64,000 nucleotides of DNA from an uncultured beta proteobacterium (GTDB lineage Bacteria; Pseudomonadota; Gammaproteobacteria; Burkholderiales; Gallionellaceae): positions 25,910-89,909 of the forward strand of contig CAVSAB010000007.1 of assembly GCA_963725835.1 (NCBI GenBank), in the 5' to 3' direction. Positions within the stretch are counted from its first letter, which is position 1. Every line of letters starts with the position of its first letter. The position numbers were made by a program, and so were the translations under genes. The notes beneath the pieces were generated by a model, which was not told the origin of the DNA, did not search any database, and saw only the letters and a list, made by a program, of their open reading frames with translations. Positions 62,628 to 64,000 of the stretch are shown here, one piece after another.

Positions 62628-64000
62628 TCAGAGGATGCCAACAGGTTCTGCAACCTGAGCCTGGTAAGGAGCGGCCACAAAAGAATCTGAAAAATATTGG
62701 TCTTCCGGCAATCCCTTGGCGATGAATGGCGCACGGCCCGCATCAACCATCAAAGGCGGGCCGCATGCATATATCTGATAGCCGTCCAGCTTCTGATGAT
62801 CCTGCAGGATGGCTTCGGTAACCAGCCCGGTTCTGCCATGCCAGTCATGCTCGGGCTTTGGTTCGGACAACACCGGGATGAACTTGAAATTGTCATGCTC
62901 CTGTTCCCACTTCTTCGGCAAATCCTCAAGGTAAAAATCAGCAGGCGATCTGGCGCCCCAGTACAACACCATGGAACGCTTCAGCCCGACCTTGAAGGCA
63001 TGCTCCACCATGCATTTGATGGATGCGAAACCGGTATTCCCGGACATGAAGATGATGGGCTTGTCGCTTTCCTCACGCAGGAAAAAAGTACCGAGCGGAC
63101 CTTCCACTTGCAGCACGTCACCTTCCTTCATCCTTTCGAAGACATGGGTGGTGAACTTGCCACCCTTCACCAGGCGGATGTGCAATTGCAGGTGGTCTGA
63201 TTCATGCGGAGGATTGGCGATGGAATAACTGCGCTTGGTGCCATCTTCCAGCTGCACAACGACATACTGACCGGCAATAAATTTCATCTGCTCATCACCC
63301 ACGGGCCGCAATTCGAGCAGCATCACATTCTGCGCCGCCCGCTCCATTTTTTGCACTCTGAACTTTAATGTCTTTACCGGGAATGCATTCAACTCATCGA
63401 CTTCGTCACACTCTATATCCAGATCGGATAATGGTTTGGCGCAGCAGAACAGGGCCTTGCCCTCCTCCTTTTCCGCGTCGGTAAGCGCGCCTTTCTGGTA
63501 AATACCATAATCGACCGACCCTCTCAGTATTTTTCCCTTGCAGGTTCCGCAAGCACCGTCACGGCATTGGTATGGCAGATTCAATCCCTGGCGCAGTGCA
63601 GCTTCCAGCACGGTTTCGCCTGCTCTTGCGATCACCGTGTGTCCGCGCGGAAATGTGATGATCTCATGCTCACCCTTGCCGCGCTTCCCTCCCAGGAATG
63701 GCAACAATAAAAGAAAACCGGTAATGCCGCCCGGCCAATACCCATACCTTGCCGGGCCCCCAGGCATAGAGCAAGGGGTAACTCCATAGATAGAACCAAT
63801 CCAGATTCAGTATGGATGGCGAGGAGTCCAAGTCCGCTTCCCCCTGGCTTAGCGCCGGCTTGACCAGCGCAAGCACTATCATGGACAGGACCAATCCGAT
63901 CTTAAGCGCTCGTGGCGGCGATGTCTTGGCCTGAGGAACGCGTTGAGTGTGAATCCAGATCAGTGCAAAAGCACCCAATGGAACACCAATGTGAACAAAT
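62628..64000 (-). CDS. Cytochrome b fused to [2Fe-2S] ferredoxin and FAD/NAD(P)H reductase (5' beyond window; frameshift near 63733)
   Basis: FVHIGVP, IWIH, LDWFYL; CRDGACGTC..LFC; RSYS, GKFT, GNTGFA, YACGPP. Confidence 0.85.

Overview
A 64-kb window from a GC-rich betaproteobacterial chromosome. Gene order and content suggest Gallionellaceae (Gallionella/Sideroxydans-like); this is inference. Many genes, including murJ, argF, rsgA, cysB, cysD and nirS, are split by single-base indels, which points to an unpolished long-read assembly rather than mass pseudogenisation. The first ~41 kb is mostly housekeeping: orn, rsgA, srkA, an assimilatory sulfate-reduction operon with cysB, murJ/rpsT, argDFG, hda/purMN, an RsmB-like methyltransferase, a desaturase and ssb. 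It is interrupted by a HigBA toxin-antitoxin pair, a lower-GC MazG-like + nuclease-helicase-S24 defence-like islet, and several MITE/palindromic elements; one sits in-frame inside a gene and one at the rsgA start. From an IS4/IS10-like end at ~41.6 kb to the window end lies a nitrite/NO respiration and detoxification region: SCO, a TonB receptor, nirS, nirM, two heme A synthase paralogues, hemerythrins, DUF2249 proteins, nnrS and two NsrR-type boxes. The most unusual part (56.4-64 kb) is a redox module with two cytochrome b paralogues, one fused to 2x[4Fe-4S]+MvhD/FlpD and one to [2Fe-2S]+FAD/NAD(P)H reductase. It also encodes three diheme c4 cytochromes and a heme-copper oxidase subunit I homologue lacking the helix VII CuB histidines and the active-site Tyr. 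No rRNA, tRNA or CRISPR array was recognised.
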